This document shows positions 19,373 to 29,433 of a stretch of 64,000 nt of DNA, piece after piece. The translations under genes and the position numbers were made by a program. The DNA is taken from assembly GCA_036444275.1 (NCBI GenBank), contig JAZGAD010000053.1, positions 27,341 to 91,340 on the forward strand, given 5' to 3'. The notes below the pieces were generated by a model. It searched no databases. It was not told the origin of the DNA and saw nothing but the letters and a program-made list of their open reading frames with translations. How positions within the stretch are numbered: the first letter of the stretch is position 1; the number at the start of each line of letters is the position of its first letter. The stretch is from Candidatus Hydrothermarchaeales archaeon (lineage in GTDB: Archaea; Hydrothermarchaeota; Hydrothermarchaeia; Hydrothermarchaeales; JAZGAD01).

Positions 19373-20044
19373 TTAATCCTCCAAAAGTTTCAATTCAAGA
19401 TCTTTGATTTTGCGTAACAGTTTTCTTAAACTTTCATTCTTTACGTAACCAACGGGCTTAGGTATCTCAATACCTCTTCCCACCCTTGGTGGCAAGAAAA
19501 TCAGAGCATCTACTGAGCTAGAGAGAAAATATGTTTTTCTTATAAAATCCGGCTTGAACAATTGGTCTACAAGCTTACTTTGGAGTGCTAATATCACGTG
19601 ATCGTAGAATATTACACCAATCCTGTGGCGTCCGTCATTATCTTCCTTTTCCTCCGCGTGCTCGACCCCCCTGTTTATCCTTTCAATAAATTCCTTCTCA
19701 CCAGTCGGTAAGTTAATGGGTATGTTTCCGTCCTTATCCTGCTCACCAGCAACAACAGTATTCAAAGAGCTTACTTCAATGACAATATTACTACTTTCTA
19801 TTATGTAATCGCTTGTTTTACCCCTGCCTCTCGATAATTTCTTTACTTGTCTAATTGGAGAAAAAAAGTCCCGAACTTCCTTTTCTTTAACTGGAGATAT
19901 GAACCTTGTCCGGGTATAATCTTCGTAGTTTTTTATTTCTCCGGCTGAGACATTCTTACCGTCTATATTTGGCCCATAGTAAATTTTTTCCAGATCCTCG
20001 ATAGTTTTAACTTTATTTTTCATTCTTTTTCCCATACCGATCAA
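19373..20044 (-). CDS. Hypothetical protein, possible PD-(D/E)XK-like nuclease
   Basis: E...KTSDYII...IVIEVSS resembles the KTPDF...VEVK pattern; AT-rich; start uncertain (20023-20044). Confidence 0.55.
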   Translation of the reverse strand: MIGMGKRMKNKVKTIEDLEKIYYGPNIDGKNVSAGEIKNYEDYTRTRFISPVKEKEVRDFFSPIRQVKKLSRGRGKTSDYIIESSNIVIEVSSLNTVVAGEQDKDGNIPINLPTGEKEFIERINRGVEHAEEKEDNDGRHRIGVIFYDHVILALQSKLVDQLFKPDFIRKTYFLSSSVDALIFLPPRVGRGIEIPKPVGYVKNESLRKLLRKIKDLELKLLED

Positions 20045-20718
20045 CCCTCCTCCAGTTTAGGGAACTCCACAGGTCTAAAGTCCATGCCTGAGCCCACTAC
20101 CCTATGTTTTTCTTTCAATTCAGAAAGCCGTTCTACGAATTCCTCTTCTTCTCGGAAATATTTCCCAAAGAGGAATTCTAGGATGTTGAGTATTTGGTAG
20201 GGGATTGCGTAATGCCCCACTTGGTGGAAATGGAGGTGGATTAATTCGTTCCTCCTAGTATTTATCAGGGTCAGGATGTCTTCAAGGCGCTCCAGTTGAT
20301 CTTTGTCCAGCTCATTTCCCAGAAGGTCCATTACAATCCCGGTGCACTGCTTGAGGGAGGGCGTGTAGACATAGTCGTCACGGATTTTAACTCCGTTTAT
20401 GAACCTCTCGGGGTCTTCTTTCAGTAGCATCGATTTTAAGAAGAGCTCGACCCCGACTCCCAGGAGGACGTCAGAGGCATCTGTCATCTTTTTTAGGTCC
20501 TGGCTTTCAGATATGGCAAGGCCGATGAAGGATTTGGCGGTATCTTTGATGTGGTCGTGGGGCGCTTTTTTCAGCTCCGTCTCCTTATACCTTAGTTCTT
20601 CATCCTCGATTTGATAGTATTTTTGAATCCTCTCCCAGCCTTCGAGGTAAAACCTCTTTTCATCTTTAAGGGTATCCTTGAAATCTAAGAATCCGATTGG
20701 GGTTTGCTTTCCGGTCAT
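20041..20718 (-). CDS. Hypothetical protein with HEPN-like motifs
   Basis: Predominantly helical; GVELFLKS (E-x-x-x-K) and RNELIH (R-x4-H). Confidence 0.6.
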   Translation of the reverse strand: MTGKQTPIGFLDFKDTLKDEKRFYLEGWERIQKYYQIEDEELRYKETELKKAPHDHIKDTAKSFIGLAISESQDLKKMTDASDVLLGVGVELFLKSMLLKEDPERFINGVKIRDDYVYTPSLKQCTGIVMDLLGNELDKDQLERLEDILTLINTRRNELIHLHFHQVGHYAIPYQILNILEFLFGKYFREEEEFVERLSELKEKHRVVGSGMDFRPVEFPKLEEG

Positions 20719-20785
20719 TTTTATCTCTCACTTTTCAATGTCACAGTACTGTCGCAGCGATGCCCTCGTCCCACTATGCTTATGC

Positions 20786-20818
20786 TTGCGTGCAATTTGC
20801 GTGCAATTTGCGTGCAAA
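20786..20818. repeat. 3x 11-bp tandem repeat TTGCGTGCAAT
   Basis: ttgcgtgcaat ttgcgtgcaat ttgcgtgcaaa immediately after the fic stop. Confidence 0.9.
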
Positions 20819-20821
20819 TCA

Positions 20822-21868
20822 TCACCCCACTGTTATCCTATATTTTATTGCTCTTCCCACTCCACTCCTTTCTATAAATCCCAGCCGTTCCAAGAGGGCT
20901 AAATCATAGTTCGCAGTCCTTTGAGATACTCCACACAACTCAACATATTTAGAGCGGATGATGTATGGATTTTCCATGAGGTAAACCAACGCCTTTTTTT
21001 GTCTATCGTTAAGCCCTGCTTTAACTGCTTTCTCCACAACAATCTCTTTTTTGATAGCCACCTCACCCTTATCCTTAACATCAAGCATCTGGTTTTTCAG
21101 CCCTTCAACAAAATACTCAAGCCATTCCGTCATATCCATATCCTTCGCCCTCACCGATTGGATGGCATCATAATATCCCCTTCGATTCTTATCGTAATAC
21201 TCTGACAGAGAGAAGAGCCTCTTGAAGTCATAGCCATTCTGATAAAGGATAAGGGTGCAGAGAACCCGAGCAGTTCTGCCATTCCCGTCAAGAAATGGAT
21301 GGATGTCGACAAATCGATGCTGAGCCACCCCTGCCACTAGTACAGGTGACATATCCGTCTCCTTATTTAGCCGTTCAACAAATTCCTTCATCAGTTTTGG
21401 AACTTCCTCAGGAGGGTGCGGGGTATAGATCGTCTCTCCCGTCAAAGAATTGACCACATAATTTTGTACCTTCCTGTATCTCCCAGGTTCAAGGGTTCCG
21501 CCCCTGACATCCTTGACCAGAATTCTATGTATCTCTTTGATTAACTCCTCGGTAATCTCAGATTTTTTATCAAGATAGTCTGAGACAAAGTCCATGGCGT
21601 CCCTATAGTTCAAGAGTTCCTGACGGTCATCAGGTCTTACCCCTTTTACAGGTTTGCCTGTGAGGATCGCTTGGGACTGCGACAGGGTGAGCTGGGTCCC
21701 TTCGATGTGGGTAGAATAATGGGCTTCAAGGATAAGGGCCTCGCTCTGCATCTCTTTTATCCAATCCTCTTTTAATTTAGCAGCGTCGAGAAATCCCCTT
21801 GCCCTTTCAATCTCAAGTAGCGCATTGTTAATCCTGTTGGTAATTATGAATTTTAGCCTGAACATCAC
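20822..21868 (-). CDS. Fic-family protein with C-terminal HTH
   Basis: STHIEG inhibitory-type motif, HPFLDGNGRTAR catalytic motif, C-terminal wHTH (GVSQRTANYDL). Confidence 0.93.
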   Translation of the reverse strand: MMFRLKFIITNRINNALLEIERARGFLDAAKLKEDWIKEMQSEALILEAHYSTHIEGTQLTLSQSQAILTGKPVKGVRPDDRQELLNYRDAMDFVSDYLDKKSEITEELIKEIHRILVKDVRGGTLEPGRYRKVQNYVVNSLTGETIYTPHPPEEVPKLMKEFVERLNKETDMSPVLVAGVAQHRFVDIHPFLDGNGRTARVLCTLILYQNGYDFKRLFSLSEYYDKNRRGYYDAIQSVRAKDMDMTEWLEYFVEGLKNQMLDVKDKGEVAIKKEIVVEKAVKAGLNDRQKKALVYLMENPYIIRSKYVELCGVSQRTANYDLALLERLGFIERSGVGRAIKYRITVG

Positions 21869-21889
21869 ATATTACCTCCAAGATTTAGT

Positions 21890-22168
21890 TTACACATCCA
21901 GCTCATACCTCCCATGGAGCTCGTCAAGATATTCCTTGTCCAATAGTACTCTGATAAAGTACTCCTTTGAATCAACGTCTATACTCCTAATGCCGATTTC
22001 AAGAACGTCATCAATGACTCTTTCGTCTGTTAGTATGCCAAACAGATTCATATCCTTTTTAAGGACGGCCACAAAAAATTTTGCGGCGCTCTTGTCCACC
22101 AAACCAAAGACGGTATCAAAATCCTTGTCAGATGGGACTCTTCCACAGCTCGTGCGGACATCCAGCAT
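21890..22168 (-). CDS. Hypothetical protein (92 aa)
   Basis: ATG 22168 avoids overlap with hemB; no recognisable motif. Confidence 0.45.
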   Translation of the reverse strand: MLDVRTSCGRVPSDKDFDTVFGLVDKSAAKFFVAVLKKDMNLFGILTDERVIDDVLEIGIRSIDVDSKEYFIRVLLDKEYLDELHGRYELDV

Positions 22169-22211
22169 GGTGACATCTGTCCTTAACCCTTTACAAATAC
22201 AAATTGGAAGA

Positions 22212-23189
22212 TTACTTCCCGTCCAGCCACTTCGCAACGTCCTTGGCATGGTAGGTCAGGATCATATCAGCCCCGGCCCTCTTTATGGCGGTCAGGATCT
22301 CCATGACAAGCTTCTTCTCTTCTAAAAGGCCCTCTCGGCATGCCGCTTTAACCATAGAGTACTCGCCGCTCACATTGTAGGCTGCTGTGGGCACCAAGAA
22401 TTCTTTTTTGACTCTGTGTATGACATCGAGATAGGCAAGAGCTGGTTTTACCATCACGATATCTGCTCCCTCTTGCAGGTCAAGATATACCTCCTCGAGG
22501 GCTTCATCACTGTTCCGTGAGTCCATCTGATATGCACTTCTATCACCAAATGAAGGAGCTGAATCCACAGCATCCCTGAAGGGACCGTAAAAGGAGGAGG
22601 CATACTTAGCGGCATAAGACATTATTATAGTTTCTTCATAGCCGTTTTCGTCAAGCGCCTCCCTTATTGCTCCAACACGCCCATCCATCATATCACTCGG
22701 GGCAACAATGTCTGCTCCAGCCTCAGCATGGCTTAATGCCTCCTTGGCCAATAGCTCCAAAGTAGGATCATTGCGGACTACCTCACCTTCTACGACACCA
22801 CAGTGCCCATGGGAAGTGTACTCGCAGAGACAGACATCTGTTATAACAACGAGGTCGTCACCCACCTCGTCCTTGATTTTTCTCACCGCCTCCTGGATTA
22901 TACCCTTTGGATTGTATGCTTCACTCCCCATTTCATCTTTCTTTTCAGGAATCCCGAAGAGAAGCACAGCCGGTATTCCCAGGCTTACCAGCTCCAGTGC
23001 TTCATCCCGCACCTCCTTTAGGGGCAGTCTAAATTGAAAAGGCATAGAGGGAATCTCTTCCTTCGCCTTTAATCCCTCTTGAATAAAGAGTGGAAAAACC
23101 AGGTCCTCCCTGTTCAGCTTGGTCTCGCTGACCATGGACCGTATCTTCTTGGTCCTCCGCAGACGCCTCATTCTTTTAGTAGGGAACAT
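22212..23189 (-). CDS. hemB: Porphobilinogen synthase
   Basis: [14 protein letters not shown] Zn site, [38 protein letters not shown]. Confidence 0.98.
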   Translation of the reverse strand: MFPTKRMRRLRRTKKIRSMVSETKLNREDLVFPLFIQEGLKAKEEIPSMPFQFRLPLKEVRDEALELVSLGIPAVLLFGIPEKKDEMGSEAYNPKGIIQEAVRKIKDEVGDDLVVITDVCLCEYTSHGHCGVVEGEVVRNDPTLELLAKEALSHAEAGADIVAPSDMMDGRVGAIREALDENGYEETIIMSYAAKYASSFYGPFRDAVDSAPSFGDRSAYQMDSRNSDEALEEVYLDLQEGADIVMVKPALAYLDVIHRVKKEFLVPTAAYNVSGEYSMVKAACREGLLEEKKLVMEILTAIKRAGADMILTYHAKDVAKWLDGK

Positions 23190-23203
23190 AGCATCCTCTC
23201 TAA

Positions 23204-24550
23204 CTAGGCATGTTTATGGTGGAGTTCCTTCAAGAACACTTTCTCGGCTAACTTAATAGTAGCGTCGTCTCCTGTCTCCGCGGCCTTCCGTATGTTGTCA
23301 ACGACGGGCGACATAGTCCTATTTATTATCACCTTCGTCAGATCGTTTAGAATTTCTCTATCTTTTTCGTTGATTCCATTTCCAAACATTTTCGAAGCCT
23401 TTTCCAACTCCTTTTGTCTTATATGCTCCGCTCTTCCGAAAATGGCCTTCACTATTCCTTCTACATCAATGTGATACAACTGCTTCTCAAGTAGGGACAG
23501 CTCCCCCTCTAATATCTCTTCTACTCTTATTGCTTCTTTCCCCCGAGCTTGGCGATTCTTCTCAGCTACTTCCCTTAAGCCGTCAATATTGAAGAGCTTC
23601 ACACCCTGGATTTCTCCTACATCCTCCTCCGCATCTCTGGGTATTGCAACGTCTATTATAATGAGATTTTTCTTTTTGCCTTGTATAGCTTCTAGAACAA
23701 GATCTTTTGTTAAGAGGGTTTTAGGTGCCCCCGTCGCAGTTATCACGAGATCAGCATTCTTTATACCCTTGGTTACCTCCTTGAACTTTATGACCTTACC
23801 ATTTAGCTCCTTAGCTAAGCTTAATCCACGCTCATATGTTCGGTTCGCCACTACCACAGAGTCTAGGTTATATCCTGACAAAGACTTTGCAACCAAAGTG
23901 CCCATCTCTCCAGCGCCTATAAGAAGGACTTTTTTCCCCTCCAAAGAGCCTAGGACGGATTCCGCGAGTTCTACAGCTGCGCTTCCAATCGATACAGCCC
24001 CCTTATTGATTTTTGTCTCCTTTCGAACGCGTTTACCCACGTTTACAGCCTTACTGAATATGTTCTTAAAGAAGGGGCCGATGGTATTAGAGGCCCAGGC
24101 CAATTGGTAGGAATCTCTAACCTGACCTAGGATCTGGTCCTCCCCTACGATCATTGATTCCAAGCCAGAGGTCAGCCTGAGCAGGTGGTGCAGCGCAGCT
24201 GCGTGATACTCTACTTCAAGGACATCATGGAATTTTGCGCCCTTGCTTATAACATGCGCAACCAACTGATCTATAGGGACTTTAGCGGCAGTCGTTGCCT
24301 TTTGCTGCTTCATCCTAGACATGGTCTCGGTCATCATGTAGTCTATTATCTCATGATAGGCCACATCCACGTCCTCTGCCGCGGCAAATATCTCAACTCG
24401 ATTGCAGGTCTGGATAACTACGCATTCCTTTACCGATGAAAGTGCGGCAATATCAAGCATCGCCTTTCTATTGTCTGGAAAGCTCATTGCTTCCAAAGTG
24501 GGGATATCTGCCTTATGATGAGTAACTCTAATGTTTATTGTATGCATCAC
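23204..24550 (-). CDS. hemA: Glutamyl-tRNA reductase
   Basis: [41 protein letters not shown]. Confidence 0.97.
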   Translation of the reverse strand: MMHTINIRVTHHKADIPTLEAMSFPDNRKAMLDIAALSSVKECVVIQTCNRVEIFAAAEDVDVAYHEIIDYMMTETMSRMKQQKATTAAKVPIDQLVAHVISKGAKFHDVLEVEYHAAALHHLLRLTSGLESMIVGEDQILGQVRDSYQLAWASNTIGPFFKNIFSKAVNVGKRVRKETKINKGAVSIGSAAVELAESVLGSLEGKKVLLIGAGEMGTLVAKSLSGYNLDSVVVANRTYERGLSLAKELNGKVIKFKEVTKGIKNADLVITATGAPKTLLTKDLVLEAIQGKKKNLIIIDVAIPRDAEEDVGEIQGVKLFNIDGLREVAEKNRQARGKEAIRVEEILEGELSLLEKQLYHIDVEGIVKAIFGRAEHIRQKELEKASKMFGNGINEKDREILNDLTKVIINRTMSPVVDNIRKAAETGDDATIKLAEKVFLKELHHKHA

Positions 24551-25175
24551 ACGTCTCCTCTAGCTCTTTCTTGGCCCTATCGACAGCTCCCTTCTTTAGG
24601 AGCCTTAATATCTCCGGAGAATTCAGGGCTTCCCTGAGGACCTCCTTCCTCTTTGCTTGGTCCTTAATGCTCTTCTTAAGCCTTTTCCTAGCGAACTCCT
24701 GGAGTTCCACTTGGAGGATATCCTCCTTAGTGATCGCCTTCTTTATCCTTCTCTTTATGGCTTTAGTCACTGCAGGGCTCTTACCACTGGTCGATATTGA
24801 TATGATGGCATCCCCAAGCTCAAGGGTTGCTGGTATTGAGAAGTCCGCCAGTCCATCGGCGCGGTTTACCAATTTTCCACCTGCTTTTGATTCTTTTTCT
24901 ATAGTATTATTTAAATCTTTGTCGTTAGTCGCTATCAAGACAAAATCTGAGCCCCTTATGAATTCCCTGGCATTAGCTGCATCCAAAGTAAGGGTTATCA
25001 ATTCTAAACCACGATTTCTATCGGCGAGTCTCTTTAGGGAATGAGTGAACTCCTTGCTTACCACTCGTATTTTGGCGTTCGCCTTCAAAAGCTTAGCCAC
25101 TCGCCTCTCAGCTACTTTGCCTCCCCCGAAGACTACGACACTTTTTCCCTTTAAGTTTAGTAGGACAGGAAACAT
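24528..25175 (-). CDS. sirC: Precorrin-2 dehydrogenase (SirC/Met8-like)
   Basis: VVFGGGKVAERR, VNRAD, DFSIPA, ISTSGKSP. Confidence 0.9.
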   Translation of the reverse strand: MFPVLLNLKGKSVVVFGGGKVAERRVAKLLKANAKIRVVSKEFTHSLKRLADRNRGLELITLTLDAANAREFIRGSDFVLIATNDKDLNNTIEKESKAGGKLVNRADGLADFSIPATLELGDAIISISTSGKSPAVTKAIKRRIKKAITKEDILQVELQEFARKRLKKSIKDQAKRKEVLREALNSPEILRLLKKGAVDRAKKELEETCDAYNKH

Positions 25176-26095
25176 TAAATCAGGAGCCTCCCCTTCTGCA
25201 TTATCTGTCTCTCATCGAGCCATATACTGGGCTTCCTTATTATCCCATCTAGGTGCACTTCAGCCTTGCTTAAGCCACCGAAGGTATGATTATCGCCCAG
25301 AGCTACATGAGCAGTGCCCAGGACTTTCTCGTCCTCTAAGATGTTTCCTATTATCATCGCTTTTGGATTGGTGCCTATGCCTATCTCTGCAATATTATCG
25401 GCGTTCTCGTACTTTAAATATTCCTTAAGCTCCTGGCTATCGCTCTTAGTCACTCTCCCATTTTCTACATAAAACCTGATGGGCTCTCTTAACACACCAG
25501 TTCTGCCAAAGGACCCATCAAAAACGACTGTTCCCTTAGATTCTCCCTCTAAAGGCGCTATGAAGCCTTCTCCAGCAGGCAGGTTTCCGAAGGCACCTTT
25601 TTCTATGAATATCCCGGTGTCGGCTAATCCTCGCCTTCCCTTAATAGATGCCTTGAAATCCATACCTTGCTCGCTTTTTATCCTAATCTCTGCAACTTGA
25701 GTCAGCATCCCCGCTACCTCTTCTGACATTTTCTTTACTGAGTTATAGTCAGCTGTTAAACCACCGCTTTTAAGCATACTCATTGTGATGCCGGGCATAG
25801 ATGCGATTCTAGCTCCCTTATCACAGGCCTGTTTCCTTGCATCAGTATGCGAAAGGGATTTGCTAGTTGGAATAAGAACAACATCAGATGCTTCCATAGC
25901 TCTAGCGACAGCGAGAGGGGGTTCTTCTGCATGCCTTGAGCGAGGCTTCATCCGCATGGTTATCACTTCATTACTAAGTTCCTTCGCAGCCATCTCAAGT
26001 TCCCCTGCAACCCCAAGCATGTCGGCATCTGTTACTACCAATACTGTTTCCCCCTGCGCTATGCCGAGGCAAGTACTTAGGATGTCCTTAAGCAT
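25175..26095 (-). CDS. M29-like (thermophilic metalloprotease) aminopeptidase
   Basis: EEPP, SLSHT, NLPAGEGFIAP, AEIGIGTN, EDEKVLGTAHVALGDN, HLDG. Confidence 0.88.
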   Translation of the reverse strand: MLKDILSTCLGIAQGETVLVVTDADMLGVAGELEMAAKELSNEVITMRMKPRSRHAEEPPLAVARAMEASDVVLIPTSKSLSHTDARKQACDKGARIASMPGITMSMLKSGGLTADYNSVKKMSEEVAGMLTQVAEIRIKSEQGMDFKASIKGRRGLADTGIFIEKGAFGNLPAGEGFIAPLEGESKGTVVFDGSFGRTGVLREPIRFYVENGRVTKSDSQELKEYLKYENADNIAEIGIGTNPKAMIIGNILEDEKVLGTAHVALGDNHTFGGLSKAEVHLDGIIRKPSIWLDERQIMQKGRLLI

Positions 26096-26202
26096 TTTTC
26101 TTTCTCTTTTCCTTTCTATCTGTTACTTCAGCTGCATAGAGTGAAAGTATTACGGTAACTCAGAAGCGTTATAAGAACGTGGTATTAACCTTAGAGGGGG
26201 TA

Positions 26203-27498
26203 TTACATTGACGGCTCCTCTAATAGCACCGCAGTTAGGTTCGAGGATACTATTCGCACTATGAATAAGTTTTCTTCTTGAAGGACTTCGTAATCTGAGA
26301 ACCCTCTCTCAGAGCTCGAACTTTGAAGGGCTTTATATCTCTCCAAGGGCAGAAAGTCGGGTTGCGTGATCCTATAAGCGGTAACTCTCTCGGTTTCATT
26401 ACCAATAGCGTCTAGCGATACATATCTCATGTCAGAGAAAGGGCTGGTTATAATGGAAACCTCAGCGATCCCGACATTCCCGTCAAACTTCTTTACAAGT
26501 GGCTCAAATGTGTCATAGGCGCTCCCGTATCTAGCTGGATTGCCCAAGAAGTCTATGAGGAGGTTGACGTTCTTGGTATGCCCGTATATATAGGGTCTAA
26601 CCGAGACTTTATTCGTTATGCCGATGGAATTCCTAGATTGTAAGTTAAATTCATTATAGCCTAGATCATGGAGCTCTATCCACGTGTTATCAGGATAATC
26701 CGCTGAGTACATACCGATGATCTTCCTCCCATAGAATGCATCAGGCTGAACCCTAGATGAAGCATATTCCTCCAAAGAGGTATTCAACACGCGTTTCACA
26801 TTGACAAAACGGGCCCAAAAGATACCTGAAGGTGTCTTCTTCAATCCATCGCTTAGTGAGTCAAAATCTTCCTTGAGAAAGAGTTGGGATATCTCTGGTT
26901 GCGCAATTGGAGCAGTCATCGGGGCGCTAGTCTGCTGAGGTGCAGATGCCATCTCACTAATGGTCATATCTTCCATCTCCTTCGGTAGTTGGGGCGTTGG
27001 AGTTGCTTCTTGATATTCACCGTAGGCCCTATCGATCCTTTCCCTTATCTCCTTCAGTGGCACGCCCTCGGTCCACCACCTGTAGGAACTTATGGCTATA
27101 TCGAGGCACATCTCGCACTGGCTAGCGTGCTCATCGAAGCTGCCATCTTCTTTAATGAAGCAGTTCTTGACGCTTTTGTGATTACTGTGTCCGCCGCATC
27201 CACAGTAGCAGGGTATCCACTGTAGTATGTCCTGGATCTCAACTGCTTTCGTGTACCCATCCAGAATCTTCTCATTTGTATAGGCATAGCTAGGCAGGTT
27301 AACAGGCGTGCTCTGCGGTGACTCTACGGTCTTTTTCCTGAAACTCGGGGAACCACCGCTCAAAAAAGCGTATGCAAGCGAACTGAAGAGGAAGAGCCCA
27401 ATTAAAACTAAGCCGACCTTGTTCGATTTCAAGGTTTTGAATATTGACTTCTTTTTTGCTCGGTCTTTTTTAACTTTGACCCTTTTGCGCCTTGCCAT
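26203..27498 (-). CDS. Membrane-anchored PCYCGC-motif protein with additional C-terminal domain
   Basis: Basic N-terminus plus TM; IPCYCGC..HKSVKNCF..DEHASQCEMC. Confidence 0.8.
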   Translation of the reverse strand: MARRKRVKVKKDRAKKKSIFKTLKSNKVGLVLIGLFLFSSLAYAFLSGGSPSFRKKTVESPQSTPVNLPSYAYTNEKILDGYTKAVEIQDILQWIPCYCGCGGHSNHKSVKNCFIKEDGSFDEHASQCEMCLDIAISSYRWWTEGVPLKEIRERIDRAYGEYQEATPTPQLPKEMEDMTISEMASAPQQTSAPMTAPIAQPEISQLFLKEDFDSLSDGLKKTPSGIFWARFVNVKRVLNTSLEEYASSRVQPDAFYGRKIIGMYSADYPDNTWIELHDLGYNEFNLQSRNSIGITNKVSVRPYIYGHTKNVNLLIDFLGNPARYGSAYDTFEPLVKKFDGNVGIAEVSIITSPFSDMRYVSLDAIGNETERVTAYRITQPDFLPLERYKALQSSSSERGFSDYEVLQEENLFIVRIVSSNLTAVLLEEPSM

Positions 27499-27589
27499 GG
27501 GAATGCAACCTAAAATCAGTCTTATATATTTATCTTCAGCAAATAATCTTTTCCCAGAATTCCACCCAATTCTGTTAACTAGAAAGGTA

Positions 27590-28978
27590 TTAAGGCATTA
27601 CGAAGAGAAAGACGAAGACTGAAGTTAAAAACCCGATGAAAATCGTTATAGGCAGCGCTGCTTTGAGCGCCCTTTCTCTGAAGTACTCAACAGATATCTT
27701 CCATACTATCTGCGTAGACAAGACGCCACCGATCAAAAATGAGAGGAGCTGTACGTAGGGCACAAGGCCAGAGAAGTAGGGCCTCCACGAGTAATTTGCT
27801 GTGCCAAATATATTCCATCCCCATCCAAAGGGATCTGATACAACAGAAACTATGTAAGAACCATTTATCATGAGCATCCCTATAACGAAGCCTACCCACG
27901 CCATAAAGCCCAGTGGAACTAGTGAGTAGGAATAGCCTATGAATATGTCGTTAAGAGATGTACCTTTATCTCCAGCCACTGTTTTAGCGATCCATGCAAA
28001 GATAAGCTGCATACCCGGCAGAACTACTAGGGAAACCCCTGAGAGTATGGCTGCAAATATAAAGACATTACTCCAGTTCAGCTTCATTGAGAGAAACACA
28101 GCGTCACTGAAATTGATAAGCTCCTTCAGTTCCGCCCACCATCCAAAATAGGCTGCTGAGTAGACAATGACAGAGCCGAGCATTACGAAGCCCTTGAAAG
28201 CCTCGTCAAGCCTCCTCTTTTCTAGAAGGCCTCCTCCGATAGTTTTTACTGTCATATTGTTATAAGCGCAACTCTTTATGCATTCTAGGCACATGCCGCA
28301 GTACGAGTTTTTCTTCATACCCCCCGGGTAAATCAGCCACGGGCATCCGTATCCCCGTTCGTTCCCCTTCATGCACGTCTTCAATGTGCATTTTTTACAT
28401 ATGCCCTTATCCTTAGACCTGATCCCGAGGACACCGAGATTCGAATATAATCCTAGGAATCCGCCTAGCGGACAGACGAATCTGCAGAAGATCTTACCAG
28501 GCCTGCCTTTTTTGAATGAGAGGTCAACTGTAAGTGCCAAGAACATGAAGAGTAAAAGTGCAACTACACTAGCGTCGGGCATTGTCAGTATCAAGGGGCT
28601 GAATGTTGCAATAGCAAGAAAGCCTAGATTCTGAAGCCAGATATTGTCTAACCTCTTAGGCCATTTGTATCCCAGATTGATTATTCTGTCTGATTTCCTT
28701 ACTATTGAAAGCCTCCCCAGCCACTCAGCAGGTGCAGTGATCGGGCAGACCATGCACCAGATACGCCCACCCAATGGTATGAGGAGGACCATGAGGAAGA
28801 AGAACCAGAGTATCCATATGAGCACGACAGAGGCGTTTCTGTTCCCGGCAGGGGTCCCGACAATACCAGCTAGTATAACTATCTCGAAGAATGCAAGAGC
28901 CACGAGTAAGAGGATGGGTCGAAATAGCCGGGAATTCGCTAGCCTTCTTATTATGCCAAATCCTAAGAGATCAGTCAT
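27590..28978 (-). CDS. Polytopic membrane 4Fe-4S protein (NapH/NosH/MauN-like)
   Basis: GRIWCMVCP, FCRFVCPLG, CKKC..C..CP, CGMCLECIKSC; many TM segments. Confidence 0.85.
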   Translation of the reverse strand: MTDLLGFGIIRRLANSRLFRPILLLVALAFFEIVILAGIVGTPAGNRNASVVLIWILWFFFLMVLLIPLGGRIWCMVCPITAPAEWLGRLSIVRKSDRIINLGYKWPKRLDNIWLQNLGFLAIATFSPLILTMPDASVVALLLFMFLALTVDLSFKKGRPGKIFCRFVCPLGGFLGLYSNLGVLGIRSKDKGICKKCTLKTCMKGNERGYGCPWLIYPGGMKKNSYCGMCLECIKSCAYNNMTVKTIGGGLLEKRRLDEAFKGFVMLGSVIVYSAAYFGWWAELKELINFSDAVFLSMKLNWSNVFIFAAILSGVSLVVLPGMQLIFAWIAKTVAGDKGTSLNDIFIGYSYSLVPLGFMAWVGFVIGMLMINGSYIVSVVSDPFGWGWNIFGTANYSWRPYFSGLVPYVQLLSFLIGGVLSTQIVWKISVEYFRERALKAALPITIFIGFLTSVFVFLFVMP

Positions 28979-29429
28979 CTCTTCCTCCGTCTTTCAAATA
29001 GAGGTATGCAAGAGTTGCAAAGGGAGCCCCGAAGGCAAGAAAGGTAGAAACTGTGAACCTGTGATTCGGCTCAACCACGAGCTTCCCAACCATGAAAGGG
29101 TGCAAAGAGCCGCATACTACAGAGCACCTCGTCTTGAAGGTTCCCGGCTTGTCTGCGACAAATTCCAATACCTTGATCTCAATGTGTCCCACTTCCTCGC
29201 CTATGTCATAGCCGTCTATGTAGAATCCATGCTGAAGGTCTATCCCCTCAAGGTAAAGCCTGACTCTGTCGCCTTCGTTCACCCTGATAACCTCAGGGGT
29301 GAACGTGAATCTCTTGAGCTTTACATGGATCTCCTTTACATTTTCTTTAGCATGCACATCCACGCTTCTTAGCATGCTTATTGAGGCAGCGGCGAAAAGC
29401 GTCTTAAGAAATCTGCGTCTCGTTAGCAT
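28971..29429 (-). CDS. Tat-exported CuA-type cupredoxin with C-terminal anchor
   Basis: TRRRFLK signal; QHGF...CSVVCGSLHPFM (H, C-x3-C-x3-H-x2-M). Confidence 0.85.
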   Translation of the reverse strand: MLTRRRFLKTLFAAASISMLRSVDVHAKENVKEIHVKLKRFTFTPEVIRVNEGDRVRLYLEGIDLQHGFYIDGYDIGEEVGHIEIKVLEFVADKPGTFKTRCSVVCGSLHPFMVGKLVVEPNHRFTVSTFLAFGAPFATLAYLYLKDGGRDD

Positions 29430-29433
29430 ATCT

